Translations under genes and position numbers: made by a program | The notes under the pieces: model-generated | What the model was told of the DNA's origin: nothing | The model's input: only the letters and a program-made list of their open reading frames with translations | Database searches by the model: none | IMG/VR virus record: IMGVR_UViG_3300006893_000004 | Location: 1-36,936 of that record | DNA: 36,936 bases | Origin: a virus | Taxonomy: Duplodnaviria > Caudoviricetes | Reading direction: 5' to 3' (one strand) | Shown: one piece after another, positions 9,000 to 17,246 of the stretch | Layout: the number at the start of each line of letters is the position of its first letter | How positions within the stretch are numbered: position 1 is the stretch's first letter

Positions 9000-9022
9000 A
9001 GCCATGTGGAAGCGGACGCCCG

Positions 9023-9271
9023 CTAAGACTTTGGCTTGTCAATATCGTTCGGATGCCAGCCCAAAGGAAAGTCTGGATGCCACATAAAGAAACTGTCATC
9101 TGCTAGCCCTTTGACGTGTCCGGCATCGTGCAGCATTTTGTGACGCTCGGGACAGCAGTCTTTGTTCTTATCTTTCCTTGATGTGCATCCCGGCTCATGA
9201 ACACGACCGTTACAGATACAGTCATGCTGCCACGCCCGACCGTTCGTCATTTGCCAGCATTTGTGTTTCAT
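9023..9271 (-). CDS. Cys/His-rich hypothetical protein
   Basis: Translationally coupled operon member. Confidence 0.6.
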   Translation of the reverse strand: MKHKCWQMTNGRAWQHDCICNGRVHEPGCTSRKDKNKDCCPERHKMLHDAGHVKGLADDSFFMWHPDFPLGWHPNDIDKPKS

Positions 9272-9468
9272 GCCCGATCCTTGAGCTTGCGGGACACGAT
9301 TTCAATCGCACTGGCGAGTTGCATCAGACTACTCGACGCCAGACACTCACGCGCAATCATCACTGCCTGCCATTCCGTAGCAGGCGTGTTGTCGTCGGCT
9401 TGAAGATTGGCGACCAGCCCGTCGAGCGTATTCAGAAGTTTCGGCTTCCCTTGCTTGATGCTTATCAT
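9268..9468 (-). CDS. Hypothetical protein
   Basis: ATGA coupling. Confidence 0.65.
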   Translation of the reverse strand: MISIKQGKPKLLNTLDGLVANLQADDNTPATEWQAVMIARECLASSSLMQLASAIEIVSRKLKDRA

Positions 9469-9683
9469 TTCGCATCCCCTAGCATTCTCTTTGCAGATTT
9501 CAAACGTGCCTTCCGATACGTCGGGTCAGGTTCGTTCTGGGTTATGTAGTCGTAGAGGATTTGGGTGAGCATGTTCGCATTCTGTCGGGCAAGCCGCTTG
9601 ATGTCGTTGATTTGCTGATTCGTTCGCAGGTCTGACGTGTGGCGGCTATCACACATATTGACGATCTGCTCAAGGATGTTCAT
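9465..9683 (-). CDS. Hypothetical protein
   Basis: ATGA coupling. Confidence 0.65.
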   Translation of the reverse strand: MNILEQIVNMCDSRHTSDLRTNQQINDIKRLARQNANMLTQILYDYITQNEPDPTYRKARLKSAKRMLGDAK

Positions 9684-9865
9684 AATCCCGCGTCCTTTGC
9701 TCGCTTCAGCGTAGCGGCCTTACGCCAGTTCTTAGGCTGTGCGAGTCCATTGGTTCCGTCTCGTAGTTCGTAGTGCAGCCAACCACTAGGCTGTTCTTCC
9801 GCTTTCTTGGCTGTCTCCCATTCATCATCAGCGATTCGGATTTGGTACTTGATTTGACCTTTCAT
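9680..9865 (-). CDS. Hypothetical protein
   Basis: ATGA coupling, RBS. Confidence 0.6.
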   Translation of the reverse strand: MKGQIKYQIRIADDEWETAKKAEEQPSGWLHYELRDGTNGLAQPKNWRKAATLKRAKDAGL

Positions 9866-9934
9866 AACCCTGCCTCTTTCGCACGCATCTTCACAGCAAC
9901 CGTATGACGTTCACGTGTGCGCCGTCCTTCGCCG

Positions 9935-10528
9935 CTACGCTCCCGCAGCGACTCCTATGCTGAAGATGTGCTGTGTGGCCTTGCCGAATGCTTCCGACGC
10001 TTCTGCTTCGTCAGATCGGAGATAGGCACTGGCCGAACTAATTGATTTCCACCCACAATATTTTTGGAGGTCGTCGATTTGCATTCCACCTTTCAGTGCC
10101 AGCTTCGCACAGGTCGCCTTGAGCGAATGAGGGTGAGCCTTGTGGACGGGGATGCCTGCTTCCTTGCAATGCTTTTGGACGATCCACCAGAAATGCCGCC
10201 TAGTCACCGGAAAGAGCCGTTGCCCTGCCGGGATGGTTGCCATGTACGCTTCAAGTGTTTCACGCTCGATAGCGAGCAGGGGTTGAGTAGTTCGGTCGGA
10301 CCCTTTGAGTCTCTGTACCGTTATAAAGCCGTCACGGAAATTGTCCGATGTCAGCCCCGGATACCACTCACGAGTGCCGTCTTTCTTTTTCAACCAGCCG
10401 CCTACAACTTCAGTCGCCCGAAGTCCGTGGCATGTCGCCAGCAGCACCATGAGCAAATTGCGGGTGCCGTGCTTCTTTGCCGTGGTTAACAAACGATTCA
10501 GTTCATCCTGCGTCAATGACTTCATCAC
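9935..10528 (-). CDS. Second tyrosine recombinase, catalytic domain only
   Basis: HGLRATE, RLKGS, HPHSLK, GWKS, SAYL. Confidence 0.9.
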   Translation of the reverse strand: MMKSLTQDELNRLLTTAKKHGTRNLLMVLLATCHGLRATEVVGGWLKKKDGTREWYPGLTSDNFRDGFITVQRLKGSDRTTQPLLAIERETLEAYMATIPAGQRLFPVTRRHFWWIVQKHCKEAGIPVHKAHPHSLKATCAKLALKGGMQIDDLQKYCGWKSISSASAYLRSDEAEASEAFGKATQHIFSIGVAAGA

Positions 10529-10701
10529 CGACCACCCTTCAACTCGGCTTTCCGCAGTTCCAAGTAGTGGTCGATTGCCGCTCTGACCAGTGCGTTCACG
10601 GGTGCGAGCGTGACGGCGGACAATGCCTGCAATTTCTCCAGTTGTTCTATCGTGACGATTACGCTTATCTGCTGCTTCGTATCAGTCTTTTTATTAGCCA
10701 T
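10525..10701 (-). CDS. Ribbon-helix-helix DNA-binding protein
   Basis: QISVIVTIEQLEKLQALS...VNALVRAAIDHYL; GGAGG RBS. Confidence 0.8.
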   Translation of the reverse strand: MANKKTDTKQQISVIVTIEQLEKLQALSAVTLAPVNALVRAAIDHYLELRKAELKGGR

Positions 10702-10718
10702 GCTTTCCCTCCATACAC

Positions 10719-10747
10719 AGTGTTTCATACCGTACAGGTGTTGTCAA
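10719..10747 (-). promoter_or_regulatory. sigma70-type promoter of the RHH-recombinase operon
   Basis: TTGACA-N17-AACACT with extended TG; ACACCTGT in the spacer. Confidence 0.55.
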
Positions 10748-10851
10748 GCATTAACGCATCTTAAAGACCTGACGACACCCGACAGATAGTAACACGATTT
10801 TATTACCTTTGTTCACTTGTGTTCAGGTGTCGCCAACTGTATTCTCTCTTC

Positions 10852-11148
10852 ATGAGCACATACGTCCGACAGCCATTCAACTTCAAACAACAGTTGGCAG
10901 CGATTGCCGATAGTCGCCCAAGACCTGAATTACGGATGCATTCTCTCGCGGTTGCAGTTCTCGAAACATTGACGACAATTCAAGCAGCCGCGCTCTCAGC
11001 CGGATTCATGCACTCGGCTGCTGGCCTGCCTGCGGTTCTCGCTCGGGATGAATCACCTTTGTCGCCCGTGCAAAAATCGTCCATCGTTGCCTTATTGATG
11101 GTCAACGACATCACCAGTTTGGCTGCTTTCTTTTCGGAGGAACTATGA
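10852..11148 (+). CDS. Hypothetical protein (probably leaderless)
   Basis: TATTCT -10 box 7 nt before ATG; first gene of a coupled operon. Confidence 0.65.
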   Translation: MSTYVRQPFNFKQQLAAIADSRPRPELRMHSLAVAVLETLTTIQAAALSAGFMHSAAGLPAVLARDESPLSPVQKSSIVALLMVNDITSLAAFFSEEL

Positions 11149-11354
11149 GCAGAAGCGACTTCCTACAACTCATAAACCATTCCCAAACCTGCTTCGAGTG
11201 CAGGGATTATTTGCTCCAGAACGACGGCGATGAACGGCTGTGCTTCGAAGGTAGAAAAATACTCAGCCGCTATTCCCTCGTGCTAAAGAAGGACTCACAC
11301 GTCGCAGTGCTCGAATCAGAAAGTGAGTCCGAATGGATGAGGCGGACAAGATGA
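11145..11354 (+). CDS. Small HxxxCxxC protein
   Basis: GGAGG RBS, coupling. Confidence 0.65.
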   Translation: MSRSDFLQLINHSQTCFECRDYLLQNDGDERLCFEGRKILSRYSLVLKKDSHVAVLESESESEWMRRTR

Positions 11355-11554
11355 CCCGTCTCACAATGGGCAGGTTAGCGACGGAGTTTCACGAATCATT
11401 GACACCTGTACAGCGTCTTGCAGTAATCAAGGCTCTCGAATCTGGTGATGTGCGAGTGCCAGAACTGAGCATAAGCATGAAGAATGCTCTCTTCGTCCTT
11501 CTCGCAGCGAATGATTCAAAAGTTTTGCAAAATTACTTCAAGGAGGAACTATGA
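11351..11554 (+). CDS. Hypothetical protein
   Basis: ATGA coupling. Confidence 0.6.
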   Translation: MTRLTMGRLATEFHESLTPVQRLAVIKALESGDVRVPELSISMKNALFVLLAANDSKVLQNYFKEEL

Positions 11555-12048
11555 AAACGAAAATCTGTTTTGTGATTCTGGGAGTCTTGATGCTGGCAGT
11601 AATCCTGCTGGCGTGTCCTGCATGGGGTCAGACTAAGCCACGAGCCGCAACCCTTGCACAGCAGAAGATGTGTGCTGTACAGGCTCAAAAGGTTTTCAAT
11701 GAGAGACGGATTAAAGAGGGTAAGCATCTGAATTGGTCAGAGTCCTTTACAAGCCACTACGAAGGCTCTACCAATGTGTGCTACGTGATGGAACGCACGG
11801 CCAGAATGCCTATTGACCTCGCCTACGGCGATCAACACACCATCACGACAATCTCCGTCGTTGACGCTTTTGAAGGGCGCACTTATGCCTTCTTCAATGG
11901 GGATGGAAACCAGTCCCATCACGGGCCTACGTGCTGGTTCAAACCACATGGAAACGAACTAATCTTCTGCGTGTCTGACACTAGTTTTCATGGATTAGAG
12001 TCGGAGTTCGACGCAATTGTCTACAAGTATTTGGGTATCAGCGAATGA
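11551..12048 (+). CDS. Secreted hypothetical protein
   Basis: Signal peptide, GGAGG RBS. Confidence 0.8.
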   Translation: MKTKICFVILGVLMLAVILLACPAWGQTKPRAATLAQQKMCAVQAQKVFNERRIKEGKHLNWSESFTSHYEGSTNVCYVMERTARMPIDLAYGDQHTITTISVVDAFEGRTYAFFNGDGNQSHHGPTCWFKPHGNELIFCVSDTSFHGLESEFDAIVYKYLGISE

Positions 12049-12086
12049 CTATGTATTCTCATTTCTCGATCAAAAAGGAAAACCCA

Positions 12087-12560
12087 ATGAAGAAAGTTTT
12101 AGTATCGCTGATGCTGCTCGCGGTCGCGATGGCGCTGACTGGCTGTGATGTAGTCATGTATCCCGTATCACAGGCGATAATGGCGCACGACAAGGCACAG
12201 AATGAAAAGCATGTGACTTTCACCATCCACAAACTCCCCTATCTCGTGGACATCCACGAGACTTATGCAAACTATCCGTCACGCCAGATTTTCAAAGCGA
12301 CGGCGGGGCAAGAAACGGTGTATCTGTATTGCACGGCAACCTTTGTAACCTTTCCTGTTGCCGGGGAAAAAGAATACACAGATTGTCCTGCCCTACCCGT
12401 CGATGGCACAGTGACACTCAAGCAGACAGGTGCGGGTGGGCCGTGGATTCTGGACTACAAAACTCCAGAGGGTTATAGCGCCTACTCTGCTTTGAATCTC
12501 ACCGATGCGAAGACACCACCCACAGGTTTTCTTCCAGTCTCAAAAGAAGATGCGAAATGA
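12087..12560 (+). CDS. Lipoprotein (superinfection-exclusion candidate)
   Basis: MKKVLVSLMLLAVAMALTG-C lipobox. Confidence 0.8.
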   Translation: MKKVLVSLMLLAVAMALTGCDVVMYPVSQAIMAHDKAQNEKHVTFTIHKLPYLVDIHETYANYPSRQIFKATAGQETVYLYCTATFVTFPVAGEKEYTDCPALPVDGTVTLKQTGAGGPWILDYKTPEGYSAYSALNLTDAKTPPTGFLPVSKEDAK

Positions 12561-12688
12561 CAACCTTCCTGCAAATAGCGCCGATGGTGGTTCGTATAGT
12601 GCTCAGTCTGGGCTTGGTTTACGTGCTGGCGAAGATGATGGAAGAGTTTTTCTGCTAGACGCCAAGGTGACACCTCCCGCAAACGCAA

Positions 12689-12737
12689 AAATAGCCCCAC
12701 AGCACTTCGGAAGAGGGCGAAGTACTGTGGGGCTTTA
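12689..12737. terminator. Bidirectional intrinsic terminator
   Basis: AGCCCCACAG...CTGTGGGGCT stem with A/T flanks between convergent operons. Confidence 0.75.
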
Positions 12738-12904
12738 GGACGATGGCTCTAGCGGGAAAGGATTTTCCGCGAGCAGTCGCCTGTGTTGCACGAATTGTGA
12801 TGAGCGAGTCTCGTGCCTGTCGTCTCGACAGTCATACCATAACGGAATTAGAACGCGGAGGAGGTGCGTAATCCCGCTGGGAGTCTCGCTCATGTGTCAA
12901 ATTG

Positions 12905-13183
12905 TTATTCGTCTCCGTCGCCGTAAGAGACGATGCCGTTGCCCGACTTGCTAGCTGCATCAAGGCCGACTGGATTGCCTGCTTGATGGCCATTACTCTT
13001 GAAATGCGATGCACGCCTGCCTTCAGGTGTCTTATCACCTGCCGCATCGTGGCTTGTGCTGTACGGTTTCGTGGTACTCACTTGTTTAGCCGCCCGTCTT
13101 GCTTCAGGCGTTCGGACTTTTGTGCTTGCCCGGTCGCTCTGGTCATTCGGTTGAATTCTATCGTGCTGCTTGCGTACTGCCAT
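12905..13183 (-). CDS. Small basic disordered protein
   Basis: AAGGA RBS. Confidence 0.6.
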   Translation of the reverse strand: MAVRKQHDRIQPNDQSDRASTKVRTPEARRAAKQVSTTKPYSTSHDAAGDKTPEGRRASHFKSNGHQAGNPVGLDAASKSGNGIVSYGDGDE

Positions 13184-13259
13184 GGTGATTCCTTTTCTGC
13201 GGGGTCTCCGCTAATTGCTGTTCTTGTTTCTGCGGTTGCCCGCGTAAATCAATATTTGT

Positions 13260-14471
13260 TCAACTAAGATCGCAGGAACCATCAGGACAGTCCTGAATGG
13301 ACTCGCTTTCTTTAATGCTGGCCTCTGGAAGCGAGGCGAACCATTCATCAAAACTCATACCCTGCCTTGGCCCCGGCTCGGACTGTACTGGTATAGTCAC
13401 TATCTCGAAATCAATTTGCACAGGAGCATCGGTCTTCACCTGCTGAACTTCCTTACAAAATGTGAAACTGCTATCCGTGTCGAAGCCCACAAACAGCACA
13501 TCCCCATGCTCTAGTTGTCCTGATGCCAGCAGTCGAGCGATTGGTTGAGCGATGTGCACATCTACAGTTCTTCGTATCTCACGTCCGCCAAATTTCTCGC
13601 TAAATCCGATGTTCAACAATTCTTCCCGTGCTTCTGGCGTAATCGAGATCAGAAATTTCTCGGCACTGCTGGCAATCACACGCTTCTGGAATTTGCCAAG
13701 TTCGATACAGAGGATTCGTTTCACCGATTCCCGAGTCAGCGGTTTGAATACTACGGTCTTGTCCAGTCGATTAAGAAATTCAGGGCTGAACAACGCTTTG
13801 CCCGCTGCGAGAATGATCTTCTCCGTGTCCGCACTTCCCGTCTCTGTGACTGAGAAGCCGAGGACACCTTTTTCGGTCAATGCGGCTGCGTCCCTCGCAC
13901 CCATGTTTGTAGTCATGATGATGATCGACTTCGTAAAATCGGTCACACTGTTATCGCCACAAGTCAGCGTCCCGCTATCAAGTATTCCCAGCAGGAGCAT
14001 ATGCAGTTCTTCACACGACTTTTCCACTTCATCAAAGCACACGATGTGAGTGTTTACGCCCTGTCGTTCTGACTTCTCGCGCCACTTGTTAAGCGTATCC
14101 GTTCCAAGTAAAGGTTCGACCGATGCCCCCACATATGAAGGCGGGCTACCGACCAGTTTCGAGATGAAGTGCCTTTGTGTATTCGTATATTCGGAGCATG
14201 CGATGAGCGTTAATCGCTTCGCATCGCCTAGCACATACTCTGCGAGCACTCTACACAACTCTGTTTTGCCTACGCCTGTGCTACCTGCAAACAGCAGACA
14301 GACGATGGGGCGGTTTGGAGTTGCCAGTCCGCTCCAATAAACAGTCAGGGCGGAAACGACTTCTTGTATCGCTTCCTGCTGACCCACAATGCGGGATTCT
14401 AGCTTAGCCTTGAGTGCTTCGGCCTTCTCCCCAAGGATAGTGGGATCAAGAGGTAACAATTCAGGTGACAT
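13260..14471 (-). CDS. ClpA/ClpB-family AAA+ ATPase, second (D2) module only
   Basis: Walker A GSTGVGKT, GSPPSYVG pore loop, Walker B FDEVEK, PEFLNRLD, GGREIRR. Confidence 0.92.
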   Translation of the reverse strand: MSPELLPLDPTILGEKAEALKAKLESRIVGQQEAIQEVVSALTVYWSGLATPNRPIVCLLFAGSTGVGKTELCRVLAEYVLGDAKRLTLIACSEYTNTQRHFISKLVGSPPSYVGASVEPLLGTDTLNKWREKSERQGVNTHIVCFDEVEKSCEELHMLLLGILDSGTLTCGDNSVTDFTKSIIIMTTNMGARDAAALTEKGVLGFSVTETGSADTEKIILAAGKALFSPEFLNRLDKTVVFKPLTRESVKRILCIELGKFQKRVIASSAEKFLISITPEAREELLNIGFSEKFGGREIRRTVDVHIAQPIARLLASGQLEHGDVLFVGFDTDSSFTFCKEVQQVKTDAPVQIDFEIVTIPVQSEPGPRQGMSFDEWFASLPEASIKESESIQDCPDGSCDLS

Positions 14472-15020
14472 GACAGCACGTTCTCTTTCTTCCCCCATGC
14501 TGCCAGCGATTCGTGCAGAGCATCACGCTGTTTACTCACGGCGTCTGCGATGCAAACGCCTCTGTTCCGTGTCTTACGGGTATACCATCGTCGTAGGTAC
14601 AAAGCATTAGCCTCCGGATGTGCTATCTTCCAAAGATTGATACATATCTTGCAACCGCTATGGCTAGTCAACTTGTCTGGTGTACGCTCATGCCCACGTT
14701 TGCAACGAGTCGGTCGATTGTTTGAGGGCTTACCTTTCCTCGAATCGCTCATTCTTTTGCGGGTTGCAGTGGTGTGTACCAATCCTGATGGGCCGTCTCC
14801 ACCATCAGTCTGATTCCGCAGGGTGCCAGTGCCTAAGTCTTTCCGACCGTAGAGCATAATCAAGAACATCTCTGCGGCAAATGCATCGGCTTCCGACAAA
14901 TGCTCTTGAATAAGAACCCGTGATAACGAAGGCCCGTTTTCGTGTGCCCTTGCCGACATAGTACGGAGTACCGTCTTCCCGGAGGTACAGATAGGTGTAG
15001 AACGAGTTTGTGCATTGCAT
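14399..15020 (-). pseudogene. Frameshifted GIY-YIG / NUMOD3 homing endonuclease
   Basis: FYTYLYLREDGTPYYVGKG in one frame; EADAFAAE...LRNQTDGGDG...RKRMS in another; break near 14925. Confidence 0.8.
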
Positions 15021-15057
15021 CGGACCTCCGATTTCAGATTTGACTCCGACCTAATTG

Positions 15058-15573
15058 TTACCTTGTCACTTGCAACACGAGAGTTGCGTACGTGTACTCG
15101 ACGCCGCTGGGTGTGGCCGTAGGCGTAGTACGAATAACCGAACGTGGATACTGAACGTCTATCTCGCATTGTCCTTTGGAAATCAGGCTGCACAATCCAG
15201 TGCTGTTGACCGTACAAACGTGGCTGTTCGAAGACTTCCAAACCACAGGCACTTCTGGATTCTGCGTCTGGGCATTCTGGGCATCGCTCACGCTCGCGGA
15301 TAACTGCACACTACCTACCGTCAGACTTATTGCGAGCGACGATTGCTGCTTGCTGCCGCTACTCTGGACGACGTTCGTGCCTGTTATAAAAACTCTGCAC
15401 TGTGATGCAACGCCGTCAATGTTCTCTTGTAGCATTTGGGGAAATAAGCTTACAGGTTGCTGCCACGCCCCACACTGCACAGTGCCACTGCTGATAACTG
15501 GTGAGTCCACGCCGCTGAAACTTGTTGGCAGAGTGGCAAATCTTGAATCGACACTCCCGTTTGGTCCGCTCAT
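15058..15573 (-). CDS. Ig-like (BIG2) domain protein, possible virion decoration
   Basis: SVQLSASV...VVWKSSNSHVCTVNSTGL. Confidence 0.75.
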   Translation of the reverse strand: MSGPNGSVDSRFATLPTSFSGVDSPVISSGTVQCGAWQQPVSLFPQMLQENIDGVASQCRVFITGTNVVQSSGSKQQSSLAISLTVGSVQLSASVSDAQNAQTQNPEVPVVWKSSNSHVCTVNSTGLCSLISKGQCEIDVQYPRSVIRTTPTATPSGVEYTYATLVLQVTR

Positions 15574-15758
15574 TATGTCTCCTTATTCTTTTTCTTGCCG
15601 TACGCATGGCTGGCAGTATCTAACTCTGCTTGCTTTTTTCTTTGCTCGATCTGCTGTGTTACAAGCGCGGCATGTTCCGCTCGCTGGACTTCTTCGCTAG
15701 GTGACCCTAGACGCTTGGGTGGCAACAGATGTTGGTCGAGCGGGTATCCGATGCTCAT
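15573..15758 (-). CDS. Hypothetical protein
   Basis: AGGAG RBS, coupling. Confidence 0.6.
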   Translation of the reverse strand: MSIGYPLDQHLLPPKRLGSPSEEVQRAEHAALVTQQIEQRKKQAELDTASHAYGKKKNKET

Positions 15759-16198
15759 AAAATCTCCTTTACATCGTCCGCGTCACGCATTGGCCGCCGT
15801 TCGAACCGCTCCATACGTTCTCTGCAAGCATTCACGTCGAGACCGGGCTTGCCCTCTCCTGCTTGTACTTGTGCAGGCCCGTGAGCGGCTAGTCCATGGT
15901 CTCTAGCACTCTTTTCATTTGCCGCTCGCGTCTGGGCCAAAATGCGTGCAGTTACTGCGGATATATCTTCACAATTGGTGCCGCTGCGTTTTGGTCGTTG
16001 GCTGGCGTCCACAAATTCGATAGATGCATTGTGGGCAGCCTTCGCTCTCGCGTCTGATTCTTTACGGGCCGCGATTCCATCCGCGACCAGTTCCGCATGC
16101 GACTCTCGTTCTTGTTGGGGTGTCATATAACCGTTATCATCGTTTACTTTGCTCACGTTTTCCTCCGTAGTTAGGTGCGACGGCATGGAAAGCGCCAC
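15755..16198 (-). CDS. Hypothetical protein
   Basis: Coupled to the downstream gene; start uncertain. Confidence 0.6.
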   Translation of the reverse strand: MALSMPSHLTTEENVSKVNDDNGYMTPQQERESHAELVADGIAARKESDARAKAAHNASIEFVDASQRPKRSGTNCEDISAVTARILAQTRAANEKSARDHGLAAHGPAQVQAGEGKPGLDVNACRERMERFERRPMRDADDVKEIL

Positions 16199-16293
16199 AC
16201 CGCCGCTTTAGGACTGGCCGTCCACCTAATCTGTTACTTTGGGTGTTACCTTTGTGCCGTTGTGATCTTGCCCGATTCTGGTACGATTTAATC

Positions 16294-16890
16294 ATGGAAG
16301 ATGTGTGTCCAAGCGTCACTCTGAGACTTGTGATGATCTCGGATACCCACGACCGCCATCCGAAAGATATTCCGATGGGTGATGTTCTGATTCATGCGGG
16401 CGATTTTTGTTGCGGTGACACCTTAGAATCGCTGCGACGTGATATAGCATGGATGTCTTCACTTCCGCATCGTTGGAAACTTGTCTGCATGGGGAATCAC
16501 GATTTGGCTTTGAAGCATCTCTTACAGACACGGCCCGAAGTGGCTCACGATTTGTTTAAGACAGCGAACATTCATCTGCTCAAAGATGCGGGAATCACGA
16601 TCAATGGCGTTCGCTTCTATGGCATTAACTGGGGGTCGTCCACCGTACCTGTCGGCACAGATATCCTAATCAGCCACATTCCGCCATTCGGCATCCTTGA
16701 CAACCCAGATGGCCAGCCCGGATCAAAAGAACTTCTTAGGGCCGTTCAAAGAGCACAACCCCAAGTACACCTGTTTGGGCATGTTCACGGTTCGCGTGGG
16801 CACCGAGAAATTAACGGCACTCATTTTTACAACGCTGCCCAAGCCGCTGGTGTGCGGCCTTGGATTCACGAGATACCTATAGGAGAGTAA
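16294..16890 (+). CDS. Calcineurin-like metallophosphoesterase
   Basis: SDTH, HAGD, GNHD, SHIPP, FGHVH motifs. Confidence 0.92.
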   Translation: MEDVCPSVTLRLVMISDTHDRHPKDIPMGDVLIHAGDFCCGDTLESLRRDIAWMSSLPHRWKLVCMGNHDLALKHLLQTRPEVAHDLFKTANIHLLKDAGITINGVRFYGINWGSSTVPVGTDILISHIPPFGILDNPDGQPGSKELLRAVQRAQPQVHLFGHVHGSRGHREINGTHFYNAAQAAGVRPWIHEIPIGE

Positions 16891-17246
16891 ATTTGTTTCT
16901 TATAATCTTTGCCGCTGTCTTTCTTGCAGTCAGTCTAGCGATCTCAGACGGATCGTGGGGTATCGACGCTCTCAAAGCGATTTTCTATTTCACCCCGAAC
17001 GCACGTAAGGAGCGTGCAATAGAGCGTATTGCAGAAAAAGAAAATGTGACTGAGTACCAAGCGAGATTGTGGCTGGACGCTAAGCAGACACAAATGAAGG
17101 CACGAGCGGATGCGTTGCGGGCTAAGCAGGCTCACGCGGCCCGACTAATACCCATGAATCCGGTCCTGAAAGTTTGTGGTGTCATAATCGCAGGACTATT
17201 TGTACTTAGTTTATTTGTCTCAGTAATTCAATGGCTGAGAGCGTGA
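16860..17246 (+). CDS. Membrane protein (two hydrophobic segments)
   Basis: N- and C-terminal TM-like stretches; start uncertain. Confidence 0.65.
   Translation: MDSRDTYRRVNLFLIIFAAVFLAVSLAISDGSWGIDALKAIFYFTPNARKERAIERIAEKENVTEYQARLWLDAKQTQMKARADALRAKQAHAARLIPMNPVLKVCGVIIAGLFVLSLFVSVIQWLRA

Noticed and set aside
10811-10824. LexA box GTTC-N7-GTTC
   Set aside because: Spacing is N6, not N7
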